The notes beneath the pieces are model-generated. The model had not been told where the DNA came from, did no database searches, and saw only the letters and a list, made by a program, of their open reading frames with translations. Position numbers and translations under genes: made by a program. From Actinomycetes bacterium (GTDB lineage Bacteria > Actinomycetota > Acidimicrobiia > Acidimicrobiales > Bog-793), in NCBI GenBank assembly GCA_021796545.1, contig JAKABX010000002.1:1-62834 (forward strand): a stretch of DNA of 62,834 nucleotides, in the 5' to 3' direction. This document shows positions 47,219-55,558 of the stretch, piece by piece (positions within the stretch are counted from its first letter, which is position 1; each line of letters begins with the position of its first letter).

Positions 47219-48892
47219 CTAGGCCTGGGCGGTGCCCGCCGGTCGCGCCGGCGAGTCGGCGGGGGCGTCCGCGCGCCCGACGGCCGAGTCCTTCCCCGGT
47301 GCGGCCTCGTTGGCCGGCCCGCTCGAGTCCGGCGCGAGCGCGGGGAGCACGATGCGGAACAGCGCGCCGGTCCCCGGGCGGGAGACGGCCTCGGCGGTTC
47401 CGTCGTGCTGGTCAACGATCGAAGCGACGATCGCGAGGCCGAGGCCCGCTCCTCCGCTCAGGCGTGAGCGCGAGGGGTCCGCGCGGAAGAAGCGCTCGAA
47501 GACGAGCGCCGCCTGCTCCTCGCTGATCCCCGGGCCGTCGTCGGCGATCTCGATCACGCAGCGATCGCCCTCGCGCCGCACCCGCACCTCGGTCGAGGTG
47601 CCTTCGGGCGTGTGGGCGCGCACGTTCGCGAGCAGGTTGTCCACCACCTGGCGGAGCGCGCCCGGGTCGCCGAGCACCTCGACCGGCTCGGCCGCCTGAA
47701 GCTGCAACGGCCACCCGGGGCCGACCACCTTCGCGGCCTCGACACCTTCGGCGACCAGCGCGACGACTTCGACGGGGAGGCGCTGCAGCGGGCGCTGCTC
47801 GTCGAGCTTGGCGAGGAGGAGAAGATCCTCGACCAGGCGTGCCATGCGTGCCGTCTCGCGCCGGATGCCGCGCATGATCCGCGCGCGATCCTCGGGCGTG
47901 ACCTGGTCGTTGTGCTCGAAGAGCTGTGCGTAGGCCGAGACCGCCGCAATCGGCGTGCGCAGCTCGTGGGATGCGTCCCCGACGAAGCGCAGGAGACGGT
48001 TCTCCGAGGCGCGCAGGTTGGTGATGAGCAGCTCGATGCGGTCGACCATCACGTTGAAGGCCGTGGCGAGGTGTCCCACCTCGGTGCGCGGGTTCGGATT
48101 CGGCACGCGGTGGACGAGGTCGCCGCCGGCGATCACCTCCGCGGTGCGCTCGACGTCGCGCAGCGGGCGCAGACCGACGCGCACGAGGAACGCTCCGAGG
48201 GCGATCGCCGTGGCGAGAGCGGCGGCGGTCACGAGTAGCTCGACGACGAGCGTGTGCTCGAGCGCGGCGGCGACCTCGGTGATCGGCAGCGCCAAGATCA
48301 AGACGTCCCCGTCGGCCAGCTTCTGGGCGCGCACGCGAAAGCCCGGCTCTCCGGCGGCCTGCGCCGTGGCCGTGAAATAGGCGACGGACTCGTGGGGGAT
48401 CGTGCGGTCCGGCGTGAACCCGGTGAGGTGCGCGGGGATCACGGGGCTGGAGACTGCGGTGTCGCCCGGTTCGACAGCTGCACAGCTCTCGCGTCCGGTG
48501 CGCCCCGTGACGACGCCGCCCTCGGCGTCGAGGACCTCGACGAACATCCCCGGCGCGTTCTGGCGCGCGATGGCACAGAAGCTCGACACCTCGCCGGCCG
48601 TGTCGCTCGCACTCGCCCCAGCGCCGTCGGCGCTCCTTGGTTTTGCGGGGGAGGTGCCCGCTCCCTCATTCTCCTTGGCCCTCTCGGCGGCCGCCTGGAT
48701 CGCCGGGTGCGCCGCCTGGAGCGACTTGTCGACCTGGTTGTAGAGGTTGGAGCGCAGCTGGCCGTAGACGACGACGTCGGAGAGAACCAGCGCGGCAAGG
48801 GCGATCACGAACACGGCGAGCAAGAGGCGCGCCCGCACCGACAGCCGGGCGGTCACCTCAGCACCTCCCCGTGTCCAGCCGGGCCCACGCAC
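47219..48892 (-). CDS. Sensor histidine kinase (2 TM, HAMP, HisKA, HATPase_c), no adjacent response regulator
   Basis: H-box FVGDASHELRTPIA, N-box VVDNLLANVRAHT, and G-boxes DDGPGI and GGAGLGLAIV. Confidence 0.85.
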   Translation of the reverse strand: MRGPGWTRGGAEVTARLSVRARLLLAVFVIALAALVLSDVVVYGQLRSNLYNQVDKSLQAAHPAIQAAAERAKENEGAGTSPAKPRSADGAGASASDTAGEVSSFCAIARQNAPGMFVEVLDAEGGVVTGRTGRESCAAVEPGDTAVSSPVIPAHLTGFTPDRTIPHESVAYFTATAQAAGEPGFRVRAQKLADGDVLILALPITEVAAALEHTLVVELLVTAAALATAIALGAFLVRVGLRPLRDVERTAEVIAGGDLVHRVPNPNPRTEVGHLATAFNVMVDRIELLITNLRASENRLLRFVGDASHELRTPIAAVSAYAQLFEHNDQVTPEDRARIMRGIRRETARMARLVEDLLLLAKLDEQRPLQRLPVEVVALVAEGVEAAKVVGPGWPLQLQAAEPVEVLGDPGALRQVVDNLLANVRAHTPEGTSTEVRVRREGDRCVIEIADDGPGISEEQAALVFERFFRADPSRSRLSGGAGLGLAIVASIVDQHDGTAEAVSRPGTGALFRIVLPALAPDSSGPANEAAPGKDSAVGRADAPADSPARPAGTAQA

Positions 48893-49333
48893 GGCAGTCT
48901 CCCACGCCCCTCCTGGCGGCCGAATCGCCGGCTCACCGCAATGCTCGACGGCTCAGGTCGCGACCGGCGCGGGGCGCACCCCCGCCGTGCAGGCGGGGCG
49001 ACAGGGAGCAACGGCCGCGCTTCGAGGTGGACACCGCGCCGCGAGCGTGCAAGGGGGAGCCGTGAGCCAAGCGGGGCGAAGCTGAACGCGCGCGGAGAGC
49101 GTGCGCACGAGCCAGCCCGCCGTGCCGGCCGAAGCGACAACGGCTCCGCTCAACGGGGGCTGCAGCGGCGCGCGCCACTTCGGCGCGAGGTCCCCGACCC
49201 TTCGATGACGAGAGTGCCGGGCGACCCCGAGCCCCGAGGTGCCCGCTGCGGCGAGGTCTCCCGCGCCGGCGCGCCGGTGCGGCCTCATCACGCCGTGACG
49301 GGCGTCGGCGGCGCCGCGTCTGACCCGGGAGCA

Positions 49334-49352
49334 ATACCCATGGGGGTATAGT
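49334..49352 (+). promoter_or_regulatory. Inverted repeat ATACCC-ATGG-GGGTAT overlapping a TATAGT -10-like hexamer upstream of trxA
   Basis: Read directly: 49334-49349 palindrome, 49347-49352 TATAGT, AGGAGG at 49374-49379, ATG at 49385. The only AT-rich island in this intergenic region. Confidence 0.35.
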
Positions 49353-49384
49353 AGGAGCACCCGCATCGCATCCAGGAGGTCCTT

Positions 49385-49768
49385 ATGGCGACGGTGAAGC
49401 TCACGGCAACGAACTTCGACGAGGTGGTCGAGGGCAACGACATCGTTCTCGTCGACTTCTGGGCGAGTTGGTGTGGGCCGTGCCGGATGTTCGCTCCGGT
49501 CTTCGAGGAGGCGTCGAAGACGCACGGCGACATCGTCTTCGGCAAGGTCGACACCGAGGACCAGCAGGAGCTCGCAGCGCGCTTTGGGATCATGTCGATT
49601 CCCACGCTCATGGCCTTCCGCGAGCAGACGCTTCTCTACGCGCAGCCGGGTGCTCTGCCCGCGCCGACGCTGCAGCTGCTCATCGACAAGGTGCGCGAGC
49701 TCGACATGGACGAGGTGCGCCGCCGTATCGCCGAGGCGGAGCAAGCCGCCGCCCCGGCCGCCGGCTGA
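49385..49768 (+). CDS. trxA: Thioredoxin
   Basis: WCGPC active site in FWASWCGPCRMFAPVFEE. 127 aa with a short helical C-terminal extension. Confidence 0.95.
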   Translation: MATVKLTATNFDEVVEGNDIVLVDFWASWCGPCRMFAPVFEEASKTHGDIVFGKVDTEDQQELAARFGIMSIPTLMAFREQTLLYAQPGALPAPTLQLLIDKVRELDMDEVRRRIAEAEQAAAPAAG

Positions 49769-49852
49769 GACCGCCCCTCGGTCAACCGAGGGACCCCTCC
49801 CGCCGGGTCCGCTGCGCGCTCGCAGCCGGGCCGGCGGGAGGGGCGGTCGGGC

Positions 49853-50494
49853 TCACCCCTCGGCGGAGACCCCGTCGGCTTCTGGGGGAGCGAACGCGAG
49901 CACGAAGGTGTCCAGCGCCACACCCTCGGGTGTCGGCCGTTCGCGCGTCTCGGCGCGGGGGACAGACAGCCCGCACGCCGTGAGCACGTCGCGCAGCGCG
50001 CCGGGCGAGTAGAGGATCTCGGGTTCTTGGGGGCCGCCGACGCCGTGCTCGAGGTTGGCGCGGTCGTGCCCCACCGCAAGGAGGACGCCGCCGGGAGCAA
50101 GTGCGCGGGCCGCGCGCTGGAAGACCCCGGCGAGCGCGTCCGGTGCGAGGTGGAGGTAGGAGAGGAGCGCGAGCTCATAGCTCCCCGGCTCGGGCGAGAA
50201 GGTCCGCACGTCCGCCTCGTGCCACTCGATCTGGCCGCCGACCTTCAGGCGTTCGGCGAACGCGCGCCCCTTGTCGAGGGCGACGGCGGAGAAGTCGACG
50301 GCGAGCACGCGCCACCCCTGGCGGGCGAGCCAGACGGCGTTGCGCCCTTCGCCTGCGCCGATATCGACGGCGCGACCGGCCGGTTGCCCGGCCAGCTCCT
50401 CGGCGACGAAGCGGTTGGGCTGGTCGGTCCAGATGAGCTCGCTCGTCGCGTAGCGCTCGTTCCAGGCCTGGGCGTCCATGTCCATCGCGGTCAC
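49853..50494 (-). CDS. Class I SAM-dependent methyltransferase
   Basis: Motif I VDIGAGEGRNAVWLA. 213 aa. Confidence 0.85.
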   Translation of the reverse strand: MTAMDMDAQAWNERYATSELIWTDQPNRFVAEELAGQPAGRAVDIGAGEGRNAVWLARQGWRVLAVDFSAVALDKGRAFAERLKVGGQIEWHEADVRTFSPEPGSYELALLSYLHLAPDALAGVFQRAARALAPGGVLLAVGHDRANLEHGVGGPQEPEILYSPGALRDVLTACGLSVPRAETRERPTPEGVALDTFVLAFAPPEADGVSAEG

Positions 50495-50513
50495 CGCACT
50501 GCCTGCCCTGGTC

Positions 50514-50699
50514 TCAGCGCGACGGCGCGCCGAAGCGGTCGCGGATCTTGCTGAGCAGCGACCGGCCGTCGGACTCCGATGCCGCGTGGCCCGCGCACCG
50601 CTCGGACGCGGGGACCGAGCGCATCACCTGCGCGACGTGCTGGCCGCATCCGGCCCAGGTTGTCTTTCCGCACTTCCGGCAGCGGACAGCTCGGCACAT
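50514..50699 (-). CDS. Small Cys-rich protein (61 aa; C-x2-C ... C ... C-x-x-H)
   Basis: GGAAAGGAG 6 nt upstream of the ATG. MCRAVRCRKCGKTTWAGCGQHV... resembles a conserved actinobacterial small protein (from memory). Confidence 0.6.
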   Translation of the reverse strand: MCRAVRCRKCGKTTWAGCGQHVAQVMRSVPASERCAGHAASESDGRSLLSKIRDRFGAPSR

Positions 50700-50801
50700 A
50701 ACAAGCTCCTTTCCAGGGATGCGGCAGCATACCCCTCCCGGTACGCTGTGCCTGCGCGGTCGCGGGGCCGCAGCGGCTCGGCGTTGTGTCCGCAGGGGTC
50801 C

Positions 50802-51230
50802 TCAACTTGCGACCGGCGGTTGATCGCTCGCACAGTACTTGCACTTTGTCGCCATGACAGGCAGGTCCGCCGACAGGCACGCCGGGCAGGTCTTGGTCGG
50901 CGCCGGCTGACCGAAGACCGAGACGCCGCGACGCGCCATGAGTGCCCGGTAGGGGACAACCAGCACGACGTAGACGACGGCCATGACAATCAGCAAGTAG
51001 AGGATCGCGGAGACAAAGGTCCCGAGATTCAAGAACGTCGCGGTGTTGCCAGCCTTGCCGAGCTGCACCCCGAGCCCGATCGCGTGGCTTCCTTCCGCGC
51101 GGCTCACGAGCGGGTTGATGATCGAGGTCGTGAATGCGGAGATCAGTGTGCTGAATGCAAGCGCGACGACCAGACCGACGGCCATCACGATCAAGTCGCC
51201 GCGCATGATGAAGTTCTTGAAACCCTTCAT
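50802..51230 (-). CDS. mscL: Large-conductance mechanosensitive channel MscL with a C-terminal CxxC...CxxC tail
   Basis: C-terminal 142 aa of ORF 50802..51446 from ATG 51230. MKGFKNFIMRGDLIVMAVGLVVALAF (TM1) and TM2, then TKTCPACLSADLPVMATKCKYCAS. Confidence 0.9.
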   Translation of the reverse strand: MKGFKNFIMRGDLIVMAVGLVVALAFSTLISAFTTSIINPLVSRAEGSHAIGLGVQLGKAGNTATFLNLGTFVSAILYLLIVMAVVYVVLVVPYRALMARRGVSVFGQPAPTKTCPACLSADLPVMATKCKYCASDQPPVAS

Positions 51231-51528
51231 AGCGTCGCTGTCCTTTCTGCCGCCGATCCCCGCGTGCGCGAGGGCCCCGCGTAGTATCGCGGGCGCGCCG
51301 CGCCGGGAGAAGGGTTTCCCGTTGCGGGGGCGGAAGGTGCCCCGCGTCGGGGCGTGCGGAGCGTAAGGAGAGCGTCGCCACCAAGGTGGCGCAGGGCCGT
51401 CTCCGCGCGCGTTTTTTTGATTCCCCAGTTCAGCGCGAGCATCCACCGCTCACGTCGCGGGGTGCGCCACGATGGGCGCGGCAGCCCACCGGGGGTCGGG
51501 ACCCGAATCCGAGCGAGCGAGGTCGTTG

Positions 51529-52938
51529 ATGGCGCTGGTTGCAACTCCCACGACCGCGGCGGAAATCGACGAGGGGGAGGTGAACTGCGCATCGGGCGCC
51601 CGAGAGGTCGTGGTGCTGGACACGAGCGTGCTGCTCGCGGATCCGGAGTCGATCTTCAACCTCGGATCGGTCGACGCCGTGCTGCCGCTCAAGGTGATCG
51701 AGGAGCTCGACAACCACAAGTCGCGTCTCGACGAGGTGGGCCGGGCCGCCCGGACGGCGGCGCGCACCCTCGAGCAACTGCGCGCCGCGAGCCAGCGGCG
51801 CGACCTGCGCGACCCGGTCGCCCTGCCCGGTGGCGGGAGCCTCCGGGTCGTCATCAACGGCCAGAAGCTCGACCAGCTCGAGCACCTCGGCCTCGACACA
51901 GCGAAGGCCGACAACCGCATTCTCGCGGCGGCGCTCGGCCTCGCGGGAGCCGGGCGCTCAGTGCGCGTGGTGTCCGCGGACGTCAATTTGCGCGTCAAGG
52001 CGGCCGCGCTCGGTCTCGAGGCCGAGGAGTACCTCCAGACGCGTCCCGGGTTCCACACCGAGGCGCACCCCGGATGGCGTCCTCTCGAGGTGAGCGGTGC
52101 GCTCATCGATGCGGTCTTTGCCCAGCGTGCGGTCGAGATCGCCGCGATGTCGCCCCCCGATGCTGGCGCGGTCGGGGTGCTGAGCGCCAACGAGTTCGGC
52201 GTTCTCTGCGCCGGGAGCCAGTCGGCCCTCGTGCGCCGCGTCGCCGACAGCGTGCGCCTCTTGCGCGGCGATCTCGAGGCGTGGGGACTCCGCCCGCGCT
52301 CGAAGGAGCAGCGCTTCGCGCTCGACCTGCTTCTCGACGCCGAGGTTCCCATCGTCGCGTTGTCCGGGCGCGCCGGCACGGGCAAGACGATGCTTGCGAT
52401 CGCCGCCGGACTCGAGCAGGTGTTTGAGCCCGCGTCGAAGCGCTACGACCGGCTGATGATCATCCGCCCGATGTACGCCGTCGGGCGCCAGGAGATCGGC
52501 TTTCTCCCCGGCGATCTCCAAGAGAAGCTCGAGCCGTGGTTCTCGACCGTCGAGGACACCGTCGCGGCACTCCGGGAGGACCGCTCCCACGCCGCGGCAC
52601 GCGACATCATCGAGATGTGGGCCGAGCGCGGTCAGCTCGACATGCAGCCGGTGACCTACCTGCGCGGCCGGAGCCTCCAGCGCACCTACGTGGTCGCCGA
52701 CGAGGTCCAGAACCTCGAGCCCGCGGTGATCAAGACGATGCTGACGCGCATCGGCGAGGGCTCCAAGATCGTGCTCGTCGGTGACGTCTCCCAGATCGAC
52801 AACCCCTTCGTCTCGGAGCGGACCTCCGCGCTCTCGGTGCTCGCGGACCGCTTCGCCGGCCAGCAGCTGTTCGCGCACCTCGTCCTCACCCAGGGCGAGA
52901 GGTCTGCCGTCGCGGACCTCGCCGCGGCACTGTTGTAG
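51529..52938 (+). CDS. phoH2: PIN-domain PhoH-like ATPase (PhoH2 / YlaK type)
   Basis: ORF 51472..52938. PIN N-terminus VVVLDTSVLLADP...VIEELD and PhoH P-loop GRAGTGKTMLAIA. Start is ATG 51529 or 51472. Confidence 0.85.
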   Translation: MALVATPTTAAEIDEGEVNCASGAREVVVLDTSVLLADPESIFNLGSVDAVLPLKVIEELDNHKSRLDEVGRAARTAARTLEQLRAASQRRDLRDPVALPGGGSLRVVINGQKLDQLEHLGLDTAKADNRILAAALGLAGAGRSVRVVSADVNLRVKAAALGLEAEEYLQTRPGFHTEAHPGWRPLEVSGALIDAVFAQRAVEIAAMSPPDAGAVGVLSANEFGVLCAGSQSALVRRVADSVRLLRGDLEAWGLRPRSKEQRFALDLLLDAEVPIVALSGRAGTGKTMLAIAAGLEQVFEPASKRYDRLMIIRPMYAVGRQEIGFLPGDLQEKLEPWFSTVEDTVAALREDRSHAAARDIIEMWAERGQLDMQPVTYLRGRSLQRTYVVADEVQNLEPAVIKTMLTRIGEGSKIVLVGDVSQIDNPFVSERTSALSVLADRFAGQQLFAHLVLTQGERSAVADLAAALL

Positions 52939-53114
52939 GCGGGCCACGCCCGGGTGCGTCCCCGTCGGCTTGACCGGTGGGGGGCGTCTTCGTACCGTTG
53001 CCGTGCCCGCTTCGAACGCACCGTCTGAAGGGGCGCCGGACCCGAGCCCCACACGGCGCGGGCCGTGTGTCGGCGCGGGCGCGGGAGGAGCGGCACGGGC
53101 ATGGTCGGGCCACA

Positions 53115-54638
53115 ATGATCGAGCACGTCGTCACGGTGCAGTCGCCAGGACGCCCCCTCGCGAGGGACCAGCAGCTCGCCTGGAAGCTCGCCGAGGTCGC
53201 GACGGCGCCCGTCGAGCTCGAGCCCGCGGTGCGCGAGGCCGTGATCGACCGCGTGATCGACGACACCGCGGTCGCCGTCGCCGCACTGGCGCGCCGCCCG
53301 GTCGTGAACGCGCGTGCACAGGCGCTCGCACACCCCCGGGCCGGCGGCGCGACGGTCGTCGGCCTCGTCCCCGATGCCACCGTCTCGGCCGAGTGGGCGG
53401 CCTGGGCGAACGGTGTCGCGGTGCGCGAGCTCGACTTCCACGACACCTTCCTCGCCGCCGAGTACGCGCATCCCGGGGACAACATCCCCCCGCTCCTCGC
53501 CGTCGCGCAGCAGAATGCCCGGAGCGGTACGGCGTTGTGTGCCGCGATCGCGATGGCCTACGAGGTGCAGATCGACCTCGCGAAGGCGATCTCGCTGCAT
53601 GCGCACAAGATCGACCACGTGGCCCACCTCGGGCCATCGGTCGCAGCGGGGCTCGGCGCGCTGCTCGGCCTCGACACCGAGACCGTCTTCTCGGCCGTCG
53701 GTCAGGCGCTCCACGTGACCACCGCGACCCGCCAGTCGCGAAAGGGCCGGATCTCGAGCTGGAAGGCGTACGCGCCCGCGTTCGCCGGCAAGGCCGCGAT
53801 CGAGGCCGTCGACCGCGCGGTGCGCGGGGAGAGCTCGCCCGAGCCGATCTACGAGGGCGAGGACGGCGTCATCGCGCAGCTGCTCGACGGCCCCGACGCC
53901 CGCTACGTCGTGGCACTGCCCGCGCCCGGCGAGGCGCCCCGCGCCATCCTCGAGAGCTTCACCAAAGAGCACTCGGCGGAGTACCAGGCCCAGGCCTTCA
54001 TCGATCTCGCCCGCCGCCTGCGCGACCGCGTTCCCGGCGGGCCGGCGGGCCTCGCACAGGTGCACTCGATCGTCGTGGAGACGAGCCACCACACCCATAA
54101 CGTCATCGGGACCGGGGCCGGGGACGCCGAGAAGTTCGACCCCGACGCCTCGCGGGAGACCCTCGACCACTCGCTCATGTACATCCTCGCCGTGGCGCTG
54201 GAGGACGGCGTGTGGCACCACGTCGGCTCCTACCTCCCCGAGCGGGCGCATCGCCCCTCCACGCTCGCTCTGTGGCGCAAGATCTCGACACGCGAGGACC
54301 CCTTGTGGAGCGCGCGCTACCTCGCCGCGGACGCCTCGGCGCGCGCGTTCGGCGGGCGGGTCGTCCTCACCCTCGCGGATGGTTCGACGCTCACCGAGGA
54401 GATCCTCGTCGCCGACGCGCACCCCCGTGGGGCGCGCCCCTTTGCGCGAGCGCAGTATGTCGAGAAGTTCCGCACGCTCGCCGAAGGCCTCGTCGAAGAC
54501 GCCGAGCAGGAGCGCTTCCTTGCGGCTGCCGCCCGCCTCGGCGAGCTCGGCCCAGGGGAGCTCTCCCAGCTGACCGTCACTGCCCGCGACGCCGCCGCGC
54601 TCGCCGAGCACGCGCGGGCGCGTCCGGGGATCCTGTGA
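53115..54638 (+). CDS. prpD: 2-methylcitrate dehydratase (MmgE/PrpD family)
   Basis: ORF 52977..54638 trimmed to ATG 53115. PrpD-like throughout. Followed by prpB and prpC. Confidence 0.85.
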   Translation: MIEHVVTVQSPGRPLARDQQLAWKLAEVATAPVELEPAVREAVIDRVIDDTAVAVAALARRPVVNARAQALAHPRAGGATVVGLVPDATVSAEWAAWANGVAVRELDFHDTFLAAEYAHPGDNIPPLLAVAQQNARSGTALCAAIAMAYEVQIDLAKAISLHAHKIDHVAHLGPSVAAGLGALLGLDTETVFSAVGQALHVTTATRQSRKGRISSWKAYAPAFAGKAAIEAVDRAVRGESSPEPIYEGEDGVIAQLLDGPDARYVVALPAPGEAPRAILESFTKEHSAEYQAQAFIDLARRLRDRVPGGPAGLAQVHSIVVETSHHTHNVIGTGAGDAEKFDPDASRETLDHSLMYILAVALEDGVWHHVGSYLPERAHRPSTLALWRKISTREDPLWSARYLAADASARAFGGRVVLTLADGSTLTEEILVADAHPRGARPFARAQYVEKFRTLAEGLVEDAEQERFLAAAARLGELGPGELSQLTVTARDAAALAEHARARPGIL

Positions 54639-55558
54639 TGCTCGAGACCTCCTCGACCCCCGCCGAGCGCCGCCGGGCACTGCGTGCCGCGCTCGGTTCG
54701 GGCACGCTCTTGCGCTTCCCGGGCGCCTACGACGCGCTCAGCGCGCTCGCGATCGCCGACGCCGGCTTCGAGGGCGTCTACCTCTCCGGCGCGGTCGTCG
54801 CTGCCGGCCTCGGGCTTCCCGACATCGGGCTCACCACCGCGACCGAGGTCGCGCGTCGCGCCGCGGAGATCGGCCGCGTGACGGAGCTCCCGATGCTCGT
54901 CGACGCGGACACCGGCTTCGGGGAGCCGATGAACGTCGCCCGCGCAATCCAGCTGTTGGAGGACGCGGGTGCCGCGGGCTGCCACCTCGAGGACCAGGTC
55001 ATGCCCAAGCGCTGCGGGCACCTCGCGGGCAAGTCGGTCGTCGCGATCGACGAGATGGTCCGCCGGATCGGCGCGGCACGCGCCGGCCGCCGCGATCCGG
55101 GATTCGTGCTCTGCGCGCGCACCGACGCGCGGGCGGTCGAGGGACTGCCGGCAGCGCTCGAGCGCGCCCGAATCTACGCGGGGGCCGGCGCCGACATGAT
55201 CTTCGCCGAGGCGGTCGGCTCGCTCGCCGAGATCGAGCAGTTCCGCCGCGCGATCACGGTGCCGCTGCTCATCAACATGACCGAGTTCGGCACCTCGCCG
55301 CTCCTGTCGGCCGCCGAGCTCGCCGACGCCGGGGTCAACGTCGTCATCTACCCGGTCACCTTGCTGCGTCTTGCGATGGGCGCCGTCGAGAGCGGTCTCC
55401 GCCACCTCGCCGCCGGTGGGACCCAGGCGGAACTCGTCCCGGCGATGCAGACGCGCGCGCGCCTGTACGAGCTCGTCGACTACGCGGGCTATCGCAGCGT
55501 CGACGAACAGATCTTCGACTTTCCCGTTCCCGAGGCTGGAGCACCCGATGAGCGCTGA
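54638..55558 (+). CDS. prpB: Methylisocitrate lyase
   Basis: ATG 54638 overlaps the prpD stop (TGATG). DADTGFG and EDQVMPKRCGH motifs of the ICL/PEP-mutase family. Confidence 0.9.
   Translation: MLETSSTPAERRRALRAALGSGTLLRFPGAYDALSALAIADAGFEGVYLSGAVVAAGLGLPDIGLTTATEVARRAAEIGRVTELPMLVDADTGFGEPMNVARAIQLLEDAGAAGCHLEDQVMPKRCGHLAGKSVVAIDEMVRRIGAARAGRRDPGFVLCARTDARAVEGLPAALERARIYAGAGADMIFAEAVGSLAEIEQFRRAITVPLLINMTEFGTSPLLSAAELADAGVNVVIYPVTLLRLAMGAVESGLRHLAAGGTQAELVPAMQTRARLYELVDYAGYRSVDEQIFDFPVPEAGAPDER

Noticed and set aside
48960-49120. ZTP (pfl)-like or other riboswitch, suggested by the GGTGGACACCGCG / GGGGAGC strings.
   Set aside because: It lacks the GACTGGCG element and the downstream CCGCCTGGGC pseudoknot partner, and neither flanking gene belongs to the purine/folate regulon.
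49300-49384. SigR/SigH-type promoter (GGAAT-N18-GTT) expected upstream of an actinobacterial trxA.
   Set aside because: I could not find the motif with correct spacing. The nearest, GGGAGCAAT, lacks a properly spaced GTT.
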